A stretch of 64,000 bases of DNA from Amoebidium appalachense (taxonomy: Eukaryota > Protista > Ichthyosporea), in assembly GCA_963693365.1 (NCBI GenBank), contig CAVNZM010000003.1, positions 7,807,312 to 7,871,311 of the forward strand, read 5' to 3'. Every line of letters starts with the position of its first letter. Within the stretch, counting starts at the first letter, position 1. A program made the translations under genes and the position numbers. Below, one piece after another: positions 32,616 through 49,245 of this stretch. The notes below the pieces were generated by a model that was given only the letters and a program-made list of their open reading frames with translations, ran no database searches and had not been told where the DNA came from.

Positions 32616-34754
32616 GGGGGGAAGGGGGGTTGGAACTGTGTAGTGTTGAGTACAATGGACACATTCATGAAGAACAACACCATACAGAGGGTAAACCACA
32701 CTTAGAAAGTATGCATAAATAGCCGGAGCCCATCCTAAAGAAACCCCGTGTCATCCACAGTACCCGAGTTTGGACCGCAGGTTGTGAGAATGCGCAAAAG
32801 TATATTGATCTCGTCTCGGATGCTTGGTGCAAAATGTGTTTGTTGTTTTGTGTGTGTGTGCGCGCGCATGCGTGTTGGCAAAGGTGGGCAATACAAAACG
32901 GCGGGACGAAAGGGGAGGGGTTGAACGAGAGAACGGGGGAGAGAGTGTTTGTGTGTGATGTGGATCAAGCGGAGGTTGGCTTTAGCATAAAGACTAATTA
33001 CTAAGACTAATGCTAATTCGTATATTGGGTTTCTTTGTGCGTGGGGAGGAGGCAAGGGGGGAGGAGAGGGGGGGGGGGGGGACAAGATACCCTCCCAAGC
33101 CCTGGACAGCCACAATACCGCCAGCCAGAATGTGTGCATTGCGAAGAGAGTTGAAGACCTGCAGGAGGTGGGGGGGAGGTTAGAATGAGATGGATTGCAC
33201 AGGGGACGGGTCCGGTGAGGCATGAAACAGGGGGAGGGGGGGGAGGGGGGGGGGGGGGGGGGGATAAACTGCGTTATGGAGTACGAGGTAAACATTCACC
33301 ACGGACATAGCAATGCATAACTTGCAGAGCAATATGTATCATAAAATAAGGGGCTGCAGCGGCTGGGGGAAAGGGGGGGGGAAGGAGGCACACGTACAGT
33401 GAAAAAAGCAGGGGAAGAGAGGGGGGGGGGGGGGGGGGGGGGGGGGGCGGCAGACATGTACAGTGAAAAAAGCAGGAGAAGAGGGGGGCGGCAGACACGT
33501 ACAATGAAAAAAGCAGGGGAAGATGGGGGGGGGGGGAGGGGGGGGGGGGAGGGGGGCAGACACGTACTGTGACACCATCACAGAGAAAGGTGGGAGGGCA
33601 GGCACTTAAACGCAAGCCGAGGAAGAAGGAAGGGGAGGGGGGGGAGGGGGGGGGGGGGGGGGGGGGGAGGAAGGGCAGGCACGTACAGTGACACCAGCAC
33701 ACAGCAGGGGCGCGGCCTCCTCATCCGTCAGATTGTCGGGCACAGCAGCCACTGCCTCACTGGGGGCACACACATAGCCCCCATAGCCCCCATCATAGCG
33801 AATACCAGTGGTGTAGAGCTTAGTGCAGGCAATGAACTGACCACGACGGCAGGGGTTGCAGTCGTGGCAGGCACCTGGGGGGGGGGAGAAAGGTGGGGGG
33901 GGAGGGGGGGGAAGTGGGGGGGTAGGAAGAAGATGTGAGATGAGGGGGGGGGGGGGGGGGGGGGGGAGGGAGGAGAGGGTGAGGGGAAGGGGGAGATAAG
34001 TAGTTGGGGAGGTGAAGAGGAGGGAGAGGGGGGAGGGGGACCGGGGCAGGGGGGGAGGGGGAGGGGGACCGGGGCCGGGGGGGGGGGGGGGGGGAGGGGG
34101 ACCGGGGCCGGGGGGGCGGGGGAGGGGGACCGGGGCCGGGGGGGGGGGGGGGGGGAGGGGGACCGGGGCCGGGGGGGGGGGGGGGGGGGGGGGGATTAGG
34201 GTGTGTTGTGCAGAGTACAGAGTCCACATTGACGACCGAGAACAAAAAGAAACGTGTAGTACACATTAGGAGTACATATGCACACAAAACGAGCCATCTT
34301 TGTTTTTTGTTTTTTTTATGGGGTGGGGGGGGTGGAGGGGGGAGGGGGGGACTAGCTAGAATGGGAGATGACAGAGTGGGTGAGTGTTAAAATGGCGGCA
34401 CCAGAAAACGGGCTTAACATATTGGGATTTTGGTTATTCCTTTAGAGTTACAACAAGGTCATTTTTCAGAGATGAGAATTCGGGACCTTTTTAATGCCAG
34501 GTTTGAGGATGGTTGAGGAGGTACCTTGCAGGTGTGTGCTTTTCTGTTATCGCGTGAATCGGTGTTCTGGGTTGCTTTTCTGTCATCACGTGAATTGGTG
34601 TTCTGGGTTGCTTATCTGTCATCGCGTGAATTGGTGTTCTGGGTTGCTTTTCTGTCATCGCCTGAATCGGTGTTCTGGGTTGCTTTTCTGTCATCACGTG
34701 AATCGGTGCTCTGAATTGTGTGTTTGTGTGTCCGTAGGTAACGTGTGTGTATGT

Positions 34755-34785
<31 letters not shown>

Positions 34786-34810
34786 GGAGGTGGGTGTGTG
34801 TGTGTATGTT

Positions 34811-34849
<39 letters not shown>

Positions 34850-35203
34850 AAATACCGCCAAACCAGCCGACACCGACACGCTGGCCCTCCTTAAACACCG
34901 ACACAGAGCTGCCCACCTTGACCACCTTCCCAACCACCTCGTGACCCGGGACGGCTGGGTGCTGCAAAAGCAAAAAATCAGTAAAAACGAATACTTCAGA
35001 GAAAATAGATTCGGTAAACCCTGATGGGGCTTTTTTGGCACACACATGGAGCGTGAAGGGTATATGTCTAGTTGCTGTGGGTTGACATAATTGTATCTAC
35101 ATGTGTACTAAGACTTGCTGAATCGTGTTTCGGAGAGTTTGATTTAGAGAAATATGTCGTCGGGGATTGTTTGTGTTGGTCTTTTTTTTTTTTTGGAGGG
35201 GAA

Positions 35204-35239
<36 letters not shown>

Positions 35240-35406
35240 CTACTGCTTAAAGTACAGTGTAGAAAAGCGGAGCTCAGAAACGAGATGCAAAAAAGGGATA
35301 AATCGGGTAAGGTACATATGATACTATCGTTTACGATTGACATTGTGTGTGTGTGTATGGTGGTGAGGGTGTGTGTGTACAGTGGGGGGGGTGGGGTGGG
35401 AGAGGG

Positions 35407-35465
<59 letters not shown>

Positions 35466-36513
35466 GCGGATTAGGGTTTGGGTGTCGGGTAAAGTTGATA
35501 AGTAGTTTGCTTTGAGGTGGGTTGTGGGTGAGGGAATAAGGTGCGCCAGTAGTAAGTTGGGCAGGCGGTGTAGCGGTGGGGTGTATACGCGGGGGGGGGG
35601 GGGGGGGGGGGGGGGTGAAGAGGGGGCGAGGGTGGGATGAGGTACCCTGGAAGAAGGGAAGAGCAGGTGGGGGGGGGGGGGGGGGGGGGAGGGAAGAAGG
35701 TGGGAGGGTGGGTGGGGGGTGGATAAGAGAGGGGGGGGGGATGGGTGGGGGGAGAGATAAGGGGGGGGGGGGGGGAGGGAGGAGAGGGGGGGCGGGAGGG
35801 GGGGGGGGGAGAGATAAGGCGGGGAGGGGAGGGGGGGGGGGGGGGGGTCAACCTGGATGCCCATTGCACCGTAGACCCAGAAGCAGTCTGAGTGGCACAC
35901 ACCACAGGCAGACACCTTCACAAGCACCTCGCTCTGGAATGAGAAAGATGATGTAATCTATCAGTACGGCTGCTCGTTTGTGTGGTAGTGAGCAAGGCGG
36001 TAATGTGCATGTTCCCCCTTTACCGGGGATCCGATCCAAGGTTAACGCTCCACGACAAGGAAACCAAGAAGACTCTTGGTTGACGTTGCACTCCGTTCCC
36101 ATCTATCCCTCATTCTTCCGAGCTCACTTCCCCTCAAACCCCCCAGGTCGGAAAAGCCACGGAAGCGACTGTTGGGTACACCGCAAACAGGGCAGAAACT
36201 CCTGTAGTGAACTTGAACAGAAGGAGAAAAGGGACAATTGCAGAACTTAGTCCAATGTCGGAAAACAATGTCGCGAGGGGGAACACTACCGGTCAGAGAG
36301 GCCTTGAGGAAAGGAAAGGGGAGGGGAAAGGGATGGGGAATGGGGGTCTAGCGGGGGTTTGGGCGAATTTGGGGGGGGAAGGGGAGGAGGCAGGGAGGGG
36401 GAGGGGGGGGAGGGGGGGTTACGTACGTCCTTGGGCTCAGGAATGGGCTTCTCTACGACCTCCATCTTGCCTGTCTGGTCCACCACTTGAACTGCCTTGT
36501 ATGTGGCCGCCAT
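29898..36513 (-). CDS. Zinc-dependent medium-chain alcohol dehydrogenase (CAD-like), 339 aa
   Basis: Ten phase-consistent exons: 36513-36427, 35933-35853, 34961-34856, 33874-33687, 33158-33091, 32548-32451, 31923-31861, 31308-31140, 30526-30439, 29969-29898. Motifs: CGVCHSD, GHEVVG, structural-Zn CHDCNPC..C, APLLCAGVT, GLGGLG. Confidence 0.96.
33385..33705 (-). repeat. Tandem array of five copies of the ADH exon-4 donor junction separated by C-runs
   Basis: On +, ggca(g)(a/g)cac/tgtac(a/t)(g/a)tga occurs at ~33387, 33449, 33490, 33555 and 33674 (the real donor). Confidence 0.8.
34036..34175. repeat. GC-rich tandem repeat (GGGGACCGGGGC + G-run), ~5 copies
   Basis: gggaccggggc recurs five times separated by G-tracts. 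Confidence 0.85.
34539..34712. repeat. 36-bp minisatellite, ~4.8 copies (intron of the ADH gene)
   Basis: Unit cttttctgtcatc(a/g)cgtgaat(c/t)ggtgttctgggttg. Confidence 0.93.
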
Positions 36514-37137
36514 TTTTGCTGTGTTTTGCCGAGCAAATATGAATCAAGACAGAAAGACCTGCAAGAAAATGAGAATGTACAGAATGTAAAGGCAACTCGA
36601 GAAAAAATGTCCTTTCAATCTGCTGTTGCCGCGTTGTGTGACGTACATGATATTTAGTTGCATGATAGAAAAGAGGTGTGATTGGTAGGCGTGACGGAGC
36701 GCGGTAAATATATTATTGAATTCGAACGCCTCCTGATCCACTGAACCCAGACTATGCCGTTCTGGTGTCCAAACAAATAGACAGTATGTACCATTAGTAC
36801 TTACATACTATATATTCATTTAATAGTAAAAAAAAATAGTATTTATTTAATGCTCTGAGTCAAGAAGTATGATATTAGGGCCATGTTGTAAACCAGAATG
36901 CAGCTTTGCTGCATAACAAAGGTATTTGCTCTTTTCATTTTACACTCCTTTGGAATGGTTCCTATTCGCTGTTTCAAAATGTACATTACCAAAAACAGTA
37001 AGAACTCTTTGGCAACCAATCGTTTTTCGCGTGCGGCTGAGCCTTGCCCAGGGTTCGAAGTTACGAAAAATCGGAATTTCTCATATTTGAAAACACAGTT
37101 CCGAAAATCGTCGCGGCCGAATCGGAACGCCCGAGAG

Positions 37138-37200
<63 letters not shown>

Positions 37201-38001
37201 CCCCCCGGGGAGAAGCTTCTCATGACTTCGCAGGTCTCATCATACACGGGGCATACACCACCCACACAAGCTGCACACGTACGTACGTGTCTCCCTGTCC
37301 CTGTAGAATGTTCAATGGCAGACCCTGACTACAGCGCCAGCCTAGCACATGTACATGTTGTCACACCAAACACATTTGTGCACACACCCACGCGCGCGCG
37401 CACACACACACACACACATTCACACACACACAGCCGTGACACCAGATATGCATCATAGCCATGCATGGCCACATGAACATACAATGCATATGCCTGCGCA
37501 TGTATATATAGGCCGGCCTCCACTTCAAAACTCCCCCCCCCCAGAAATCGAACCCCATTCCCCCCTCCTCCGCTGCCCACCGTTCCCTCCACCAGTGCTG
37601 CCCCTCCTTCTTCCCCACCGCCGCTCCGGCCTCACCCCCTCCCCCTCCCCCCTCTCAGGCGGATCCCCCCCCCCCCCCCCACTAGTACCTCCCCCCCCCC
37701 CCCCCCCCCCTTTCCCCCCCAGGAAGGCCTAAACATGGAACGGATCTAGATGCTCAGAGTCGACGGCCACCAGGTGCAGGTGCCACGTGTATGACGATCA
37801 GTGGCACGCGTCTTAAATGGCAGGCAATACACACACTGTGCACCACTGTGTTCCGTTCAAAGACACACATGCACACACATACACATGTGACCTAGGCTAG
37901 TACACGTGCACAGGCACATACATACTATCTCAGATCATGATAACTGTATTACAAACGTGCACATGCATCCACCCTGTACAATCACATGCTATGCACCCAC
38001 C

Positions 38002-38060
<59 letters not shown>

Positions 38061-38109
38061 ACAGTCACTGCACACGCACACCATGTACACGGCGCACGCA
38101 CACACACCC

Positions 38110-38141
<32 letters not shown>

Positions 38142-38340
38142 CAAGAAACCGTTGGTACAAACACACACACCCACACTGGCATGTACACACACATACACAG
38201 ACACACACACCCTCAGGCTGCATACATACACACCACACTGCACACACACACACATACATAATACACTGTACATAGATACACACACACCATAACCGTTGAC
38301 ACAAAATACACAGTGTCACACACATGCACACAATGTTATG

Positions 38341-38391
<51 letters not shown>

Positions 38392-39405
38392 ACATGTGCA
38401 CACATGCACACAACATAGACACACACACACCGATTACCGCTGACACAAATACACACACCCACACCTGTACACATACACACAGACACACACACCGTGCATA
38501 CATACCCACCACACACACATACACAATTGCATACATACCCACCACACACACACACACAATTGAAAAGAAAAATACTCACACACACACAAACACAAACACA
38601 ACCACCCAACGTGATTTTCCCCCCCCCCCCCCCCCCCCTTCAGGGACCCAATCCGAATCGGGGAAGGCACAAATTGCGTAATACCTCTACTAGCTATAGT
38701 AACATGATTCATGATCATGTTCATCAAATAAAAGAAAATGCGTGCACTGGGAAAAAATAAGGCCACGGACACAGTGACACACACAGGAACTAGATACATA
38801 TGCACACATAGTATATATCCTCATATACACTGGCACTGCCGCACATATGTGTAAGAGGACGTGACCGTACGTATATACGTAGACAAAATGTATATATATA
38901 TTATGGCATCACAGTAATGCACTTCATATTTCCCTTTTATTCCTTCAAAGCTTCAACTGCCAACACCAGGAAGACCTCTAATAACCACAGGGGTTTTTTT
39001 GTATGCATTATAATTACATTTTGATGCAATATAGGCACAAATAAGCATGCCCTAGTTTACTGATGTGCGACGATTACGATTTTTGGTGGGCCTGCTCCGA
39101 CGGAGCATTCCGATTTTCGAAGAAGTTTTCCGATACGGGATTTCGACTTCCGTTAATGGGCTCCACCGTTCTTCGAACCCTGGCCTTGCCCAATTTTATC
39201 CAATCGGCAACTGAGCTTGCACGAGGTGGCCAAGTTGCCAACTTGCCAAGGCCGGCGGGCCACCGGTACCACACTGATCTTGCATGGGGCCATGGTCGGA
39301 GTCCCATCGACTCCCACAACGAACTTCCTATCACATAATTTCAGTGGGCATGATGTGGCAAATGATACATAATTATACCTAGGCCCTATCCGGGAAAAAA
39401 GAAGT

Positions 39406-39451
<46 letters not shown>

Positions 39452-40728
39452 CCCAACGCCCCGGAGGCTCTGCATGCGCTGGCATGCGGATATGAGGCCA
39501 TTCACCGTGGTAGTTGCTCTGTTTTGTACACAGTCATACATTGTACCCGTGTATTTATGTAGTAACAATTTAAAAAAAAAAAAAATCTATGCAACGGTTC
39601 AACCAGCAGGGTTGATGAGTGATTATGATTTCAATTGCATCACTGCCTCTCTCTTGAATGATATGAGCTCGCTCAACTCATGCACATGTGTCCATTACAC
39701 GTGCATACATGTGGCCGACTTCGTACGTAACGTACAGGCGTACCTATTATGCCTGAGTCATGTGTAGCATACACGTACGCGTAGTTGCCCGGTGTGCACA
39801 CTCATGGCATATGTCCTAATGCGTTCGTTCTCATAGTAGTACACACACGTGCACACTGTGCCACACTGCGGCATGCATGGGGCTCGCCGCTCAGGCAAAG
39901 CTCCGGCGCAGGGTGTGAAATGACTCACCATCCGATGGCACACGCAAAATTTGCTGGGTTGGCAACCACAACCTCCAACGCCGTATACCAAACGTTGAGT
40001 CCAGGTCTCGCAAGACCTGATTCAGCTGCAGGCTCCTATAACGGTCATCGACCAGATGGACTACAGCTGGAATCAGTGGACAGACCCAGTAACTTAGAAG
40101 GCTAACATATGCATTGATTTCAGGGGCCACGTAGGATAATTTCACTTCCTGTGTGTTACTCATGGTATGCGGTTTTAATGGGATAAAAATTGGATTGATA
40201 TTAGACATTATAAGTTTCCATTGCAGATAGCCTATTGTAAACGGTATTGTACACATATATGTATTGTTTAGGCTGCGCAAGGCTTCACATTTTTATTATA
40301 TCAAGGCTTGCGTGCGTCAAGTTAAGTACTGAATCCAATGAGCACTGATTGACAAAAACGTAACAGTACGCATGGGTTGGTGACAGTGCGTATGTGCTTG
40401 GGCGTGAGACACACTTCAAGTTACGGCACGCATGTGGGTTTGAATGGTAGAGTCTCAGTCGGCTCAGTTTCAGAAGGAAAATATGTGCGGGAAGACGTGT
40501 TGATTGGCTCGGCGAGGGTCAATTCCACTGTGTACGTGAATTTTGACGCAGGCCGGACAAATTACGGCCCATCATAAACTTTGCAGTGCACAGACGCCCA
40601 GAAAGATAGCCTACCTGAAAATTACATCATCCTTGATTTTATACTGAACACGCGTAACTACAACCTGTTTATTAGATGTATTGATTGGCTTGAGAAACAC
40701 ATCATTACAAAATTTTAGCGCGCGCGCG

Positions 40729-40821
<93 letters not shown>

Positions 40822-41185
40822 CTACAACATACACACACACACACACAACCAGCTGATACCGAGTGTCCCAGGGGAGCCCGAAAAAAAAACAAAAAAAACA
40901 AAAAAAAAAAAAACGGGGAACCCCAACTAATTGATTTCTCTTAGTCTTTATGGTGTCTCGTAGAGACACTAAACCCAGATATATAATCATCACCCGACAT
41001 CTATGTACGTGATCATGATATACCGCTGAGGGGATATATATTCCGAGCAAAACCCCCCCATACCTGAGACTGGTCTCTCTTTGCTTCGAGTAAACAGCGT
41101 TAACCCCCCTGCGTACATGTGTGTGTGTGTGCGTGTGCGTGCATGTATATTGTGTGTGTGTGTGTGTGTGCGTGCGTGCGTGCGC

Positions 41186-41234
<49 letters not shown>

Positions 41235-42120
41235 CGACTGTGTGTGTCACATGTGTGCGACTGTGTGTGTGACTGCAATTTGTGTGTGTGTGCCATCGCG
41301 GCGCCATACGTGTGTGTGTCGAGTGACGGTCCCGTGCACTTGCCCCAAAGATTATTTTATCCCCTCTCGATCGGAGACTCTCTGCACATGTACCCCCCCC
41401 TCCCCCCCCCCCCCTCCCCCCCCCCCCCCCCCCCCCAGGCCCCCGGTGCACCACCGCCACTTGAACAGTTACCAGTCCATCGACATCATTCCCCTGTACC
41501 AGGGACCAATCTTGAGTCACCTATCTATTTGCTCAGTAAAAAAATGATATGCCCCTACTACACTGTAGTACTACAGTGACATCTTTCGAAAATGCCACCG
41601 AAGCCTCAAGTGGATACGGAACCGAAGGGTCTCCGAGGGGGGGGGGGGGGGGACATATGGGGGGGGGGGGGGGGGGGTAAGATTTAGATGATTTTGCAGG
41701 TTACCATAATAACGATGCACACTACCGGCATCATGCACGTGCAGTCACAGTCATTCATGACAACCGCATGCATATTGCAGTGCACACAAAAGAGCGTGTA
41801 TACTGCGCGATATAATAATTATGCGTAAAAACCAGATCCCATTCTCAATGGGGCGCACACAGCCTACCGGAGTTAAAGCCCATTCATTTCCGTGTGCGAG
41901 GGTGGGTGGGGGGTGGGTGGGGGGTCGGGGGTTTGGGTGGGGGGGGGGGGGGGGGGAGGGGGGGGCACTTGGAGAGAGAGGAGAAGGGGGCCTGGGGGAC
42001 ACTTGCACTCGCGGGATGGGTAAGGGTGTTTCTATAGTTGAGAGGTACCGGGGTGTGTGTGTGTGTGTGTGTGCGTGTGTGTGTGTGTGCACGCGCGCGT
42101 GCGCGCGCGTGCGTGTGTGC

Positions 42121-42206
<86 letters not shown>

Positions 42207-42781
42207 ATGCGTGCGTGCGTGCATGACGGGCGTGTGCGCGCGCGCGCCTGTCGTGTGCGCGTGCGCATGTATGTGCTGCAACGTGCACGTTGTTGTGTGT
42301 GTGTGTTTGGAAAAGCGACAGGTGTATATGATCTTTGATGGACAGAGGCTGCAGAGCCCCATCCTATGGCCATTATATTTATCCTGAGTGTGCAGTGCAC
42401 TTAATATAAATTGTTCTGATTTTTAAAGAAAACATATTTTATTTTCAGGCCACTACATAAGCATATTTACTGAATATCAAAAAGTGCAATACTTTCTCTG
42501 CGTTTTACTCTTCAATTAGCTATCTAACAATATAGTGGTAGTTGAACCCCTTTAGCTGAGTGTATACATGAAATTTTAGCAGTTATACGGTTGAATTTTC
42601 GTATTTGGTACTGTAACATCTCGGATATCCAGTGAAGTTATCCAAGTGACTATCTCTTTGTGTCTATGGTGATAGGACTATATATCCATTCTTAGCTTTG
42701 TCTAAGGGCCCGACCAAAATAAACCCCATTATAGTTTATAAATTAAAAATAAAAAATCAGGTGGAATCCCTCACACCTCAT

Positions 42782-45789
<3,008 letters not shown>

Positions 45790-46082
45790 GACTTTGTACG
45801 TCTAGTGGTAGAAGTAGAAACGGGGACGTAGTGTTTGTGTTGCTCAGGTGTTTGAGGAATCCAAATCCTTTTAGCATGCCTGTATGTTCGGTTCTGACAA
45901 CCTAAATTTAAAGAGCTTGATCGAGGCACGACTTCTGGCACAGTGTGTTGCTGTGTGTGTGCAGATCGATGTTAGGGGGCACCGGGGATATACCAAATTA
46001 CAGTTTTAGTTATCTCTTAGCTACCTGGGCTCGTATATCTGGATCATATGGTTTCGGAAGTTTGTTTTTTTTTTTCTTTTTT

Positions 46083-46131
<49 letters not shown>

Positions 46132-46175
46132 GGGGGGGGGGGGGGGGGGGGGGGGGGAGAGGGTGAGGGGGGGGG

Positions 46176-46219
<44 letters not shown>

Positions 46220-46912
46220 GTGCGTGTGTGTGTATGTATCACGGCGTGGGCATGTGTGTGCGTGTGTGTGTGCCTGTGTGTGCCACTTTATGTGCAGCGT
46301 GTGCGTGTGCGTGTTTGTGGCACTGTGTGTGTATGTATGTGTGTGTGTGTGCGTGTGCGTGTTTGTGTGTGCATTTGTGTGTCACAGTGTGTGTATGTGT
46401 GTGTTTCTGTACGTGAGGGTTTTTCACCGTGGGTTGCCAGGCGTACGGTACCGGTGTGACTGTGTGCATATGTTTGGGTGAGTGCACGTGTGTGGGGAAG
46501 GGTGTGGTGGTGTGTGTGTGTGAGGAAGGGGAGGGGGGGGGGGTCTCAAATATCAGTTTCATTTTGTGATGCATATGGCCACCAGCTGACTGTTGTGCCT
46601 GGTGGTGCCACTGGTGGTGTTATTATTGTTGGTGGTGGTCACGGTGAGGCCCCGGGGGGGGGGAGGGGGGGGGGAGAGGGGGGGAGGGGGGTGGGTAAAG
46701 GAGGCGGGATGGGGGGGGGAGGGGGGGGGGGGGGGGGGGGGGGGGCTAGAATTTCGGTTTGCTTTGTGCCAAATCACCATACGTAGCTGCTATGACCACC
46801 ATCTGGTGTACTACTACTAATGTATCATATATATGATCCCCCCCCTCCCCTTCCCTCCCCCCCCCCCCCCCCCGCCCTCCAACCCCCCCCCCTTCCCCCC
46901 CCCCCCCCCTCT

Positions 46913-47085
<173 letters not shown>

Positions 47086-47640
47086 AGACTCTCGAGCTCT
47101 CTCCCCTCCCCCCCCATTTTTTTGATGGCGAATAAAAAGGCAAGGAGGATATACCGGGAAAACAGGGCACGAGCTAAAACTACTGCTGGTACAGTTATAA
47201 TTATAACATCTATATTTATTGTGATATTAAAACGGCCTAAAGTGCATAATATAATAAACCCCGTACACCCAGGCACACCATAGTTACGTTATAACCTCAA
47301 CAGTGTATTCAGGTTTTTATTTATTTTTTGTTGTAGTGACGCCAACGTTTATGGTTCTCAGATAACATACGTTGGCCCAATCGAGAGTATAATAGGACAG
47401 ATTGGTTATTGATGATTATGTCTGTATGCATAATATGGCACGCATCACTATGTAGCTGCATGGCATTGCAGTGGTTCTGCAACAGGACTTGGAGATATTT
47501 TTATATCTTGCGCGCTCCAGAAGAAGGCTTGTGTTCGAATAATTCGTTTTGTAAGTCGTAGATGGAGAGAAAGGGAGGGAGGGAGGGAGGGAGGGAGGGA
47601 GGGAGGGAGGGAGAGAGAGAGGGGGGGGGGGGGGGGGGGG

Positions 47641-47808
<168 letters not shown>

Positions 47809-47956
47809 GAGGGAGTGAGAGGGAGTGAGGGGGGGAGAGAGGGAGATTAGAGAGGAGAGAGAGAGAAAGAAAGAGAGAAGAGAGTTAGAGAAAAGTGTGT
47901 GTGTGCGTGTATGCGTATGTGCTTATGGGTGTGTGCGTGCGTGTGCGTGCGCATGT

Positions 47957-47997
<41 letters not shown>

Positions 47998-48055
47998 CTT
48001 GTGTGCTTGCATGTGTCTGTTTGTGTGTGTGTCCACGGTGTGTGTGTGTTTGTGT

Positions 48056-48201
<146 letters not shown>

Positions 48202-48978
48202 CTTCGAGAGCGATCTCTAGCAAGCGAATTGGATCTGGACTCGGACGAGAGATCTAGAGAGAAATGGGATGCCCGTGTCGGGGGGGATGAGAGAAAGGAA
48301 AGAAGAAAAATGGGGTAAGGGGAGATGGGGAGGGGGTGTCGCGGGGGGGGGGGAGGGGGGGGGGGGGGGGGGGGAGGGGGGTGGCGTGTCTGAAAGAGGT
48401 CACGAATCATGCCATGCATGTACAGACGTGCATGTCAAATGATTTTTTTAAAAAGACATGCCTAATAGCTATGAAAGAACACGTGCGAAGTATCCGATTT
48501 CTGCCGAGTTAAAACTTGGCTCTAGACCTTGGGGTACTCGTAATACAGTTTCGCACACCAGTTCAGGCTTCTGTTTAGTAAAAGATCCTTTCGCTTGCTG
48601 TTGCACTAGGCAAAAAGAGCATACCATTTCTGAACGCTCGTGCAGGGACTGCAGTATTCTGCAGTAACTCTTCAAACTCTCCAGGCTCCAGCGTAATTCT
48701 TGATGTTCTGACTGATGCCATGCTGCGCATGCGCAGCCTGCAGGTCACACAGTGCGCAGCTGCAGACGACATATGCCACGCCATATGTACCGTCTGTGAA
48801 GTTGCGATATTTAAGTTTTTTATTATTGTTGTTGTTGTTATTGTTATTATTATAATTAGCATATGCGTATGCTTTTGAGAGCTCATGACTTTGATACAGC
48901 TTGCAATTCAGCTGCCGGCCGGAGTTCGGCACAGTCGGAACTTACTGGTCAGATGCGATCTAGATCTGGTCTACTGCG

Positions 48979-49097
48979 ATTGGTCAGACATGGCTTGGTA
49001 AACCAATCAAATCAATCATGTTTCCACACATATTGGTAGATGGCATCTGAGGTTTAATCCAATCATATTACTAGATCAACTTTCAGGTTTGATTGGC
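48979..49097. promoter_or_regulatory. Cluster of five CCAAT boxes upstream of the secreted-protein gene
   Basis: ATTGG 48979, CCAAT 49003, ATTGG 49032, CCAAT 49059, ATTGG 49092: alternating orientation, 24-33 bp spacing, 150-270 bp upstream of the ATG. Confidence 0.5.
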
Positions 49098-49245
49098 TTA
49101 TCCCAACCATTTACAGCAAGCTTTTGGCTCGTTCTTAGGCCGTTGTAGCTCACCGCCCAGGTGTAAAAAGTGCCCTACCAGGCACACTTTAAACATCGGA
49201 CCAAGCACACTTGTACTGATCCGACGTACAAAACATAGTTCAACC

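Noticed and set aside
34539-34712. 36-bp repeats resembling CRISPR repeat length
   Set aside because: Head-to-tail units without spacers, no cas genes, and located in a eukaryotic intron.
39050-39390. GC-balanced block with short palindromes, possible MITE or ORF 39063-39338
   Set aside because: No convincing TIR pair, TSD or protein motif.
39600-40280. Possible small minus-strand gene (MSNTQEVKLSYV...) with a GTGAGT donor
   Set aside because: No recognisable motif and no consistent downstream exon chain.
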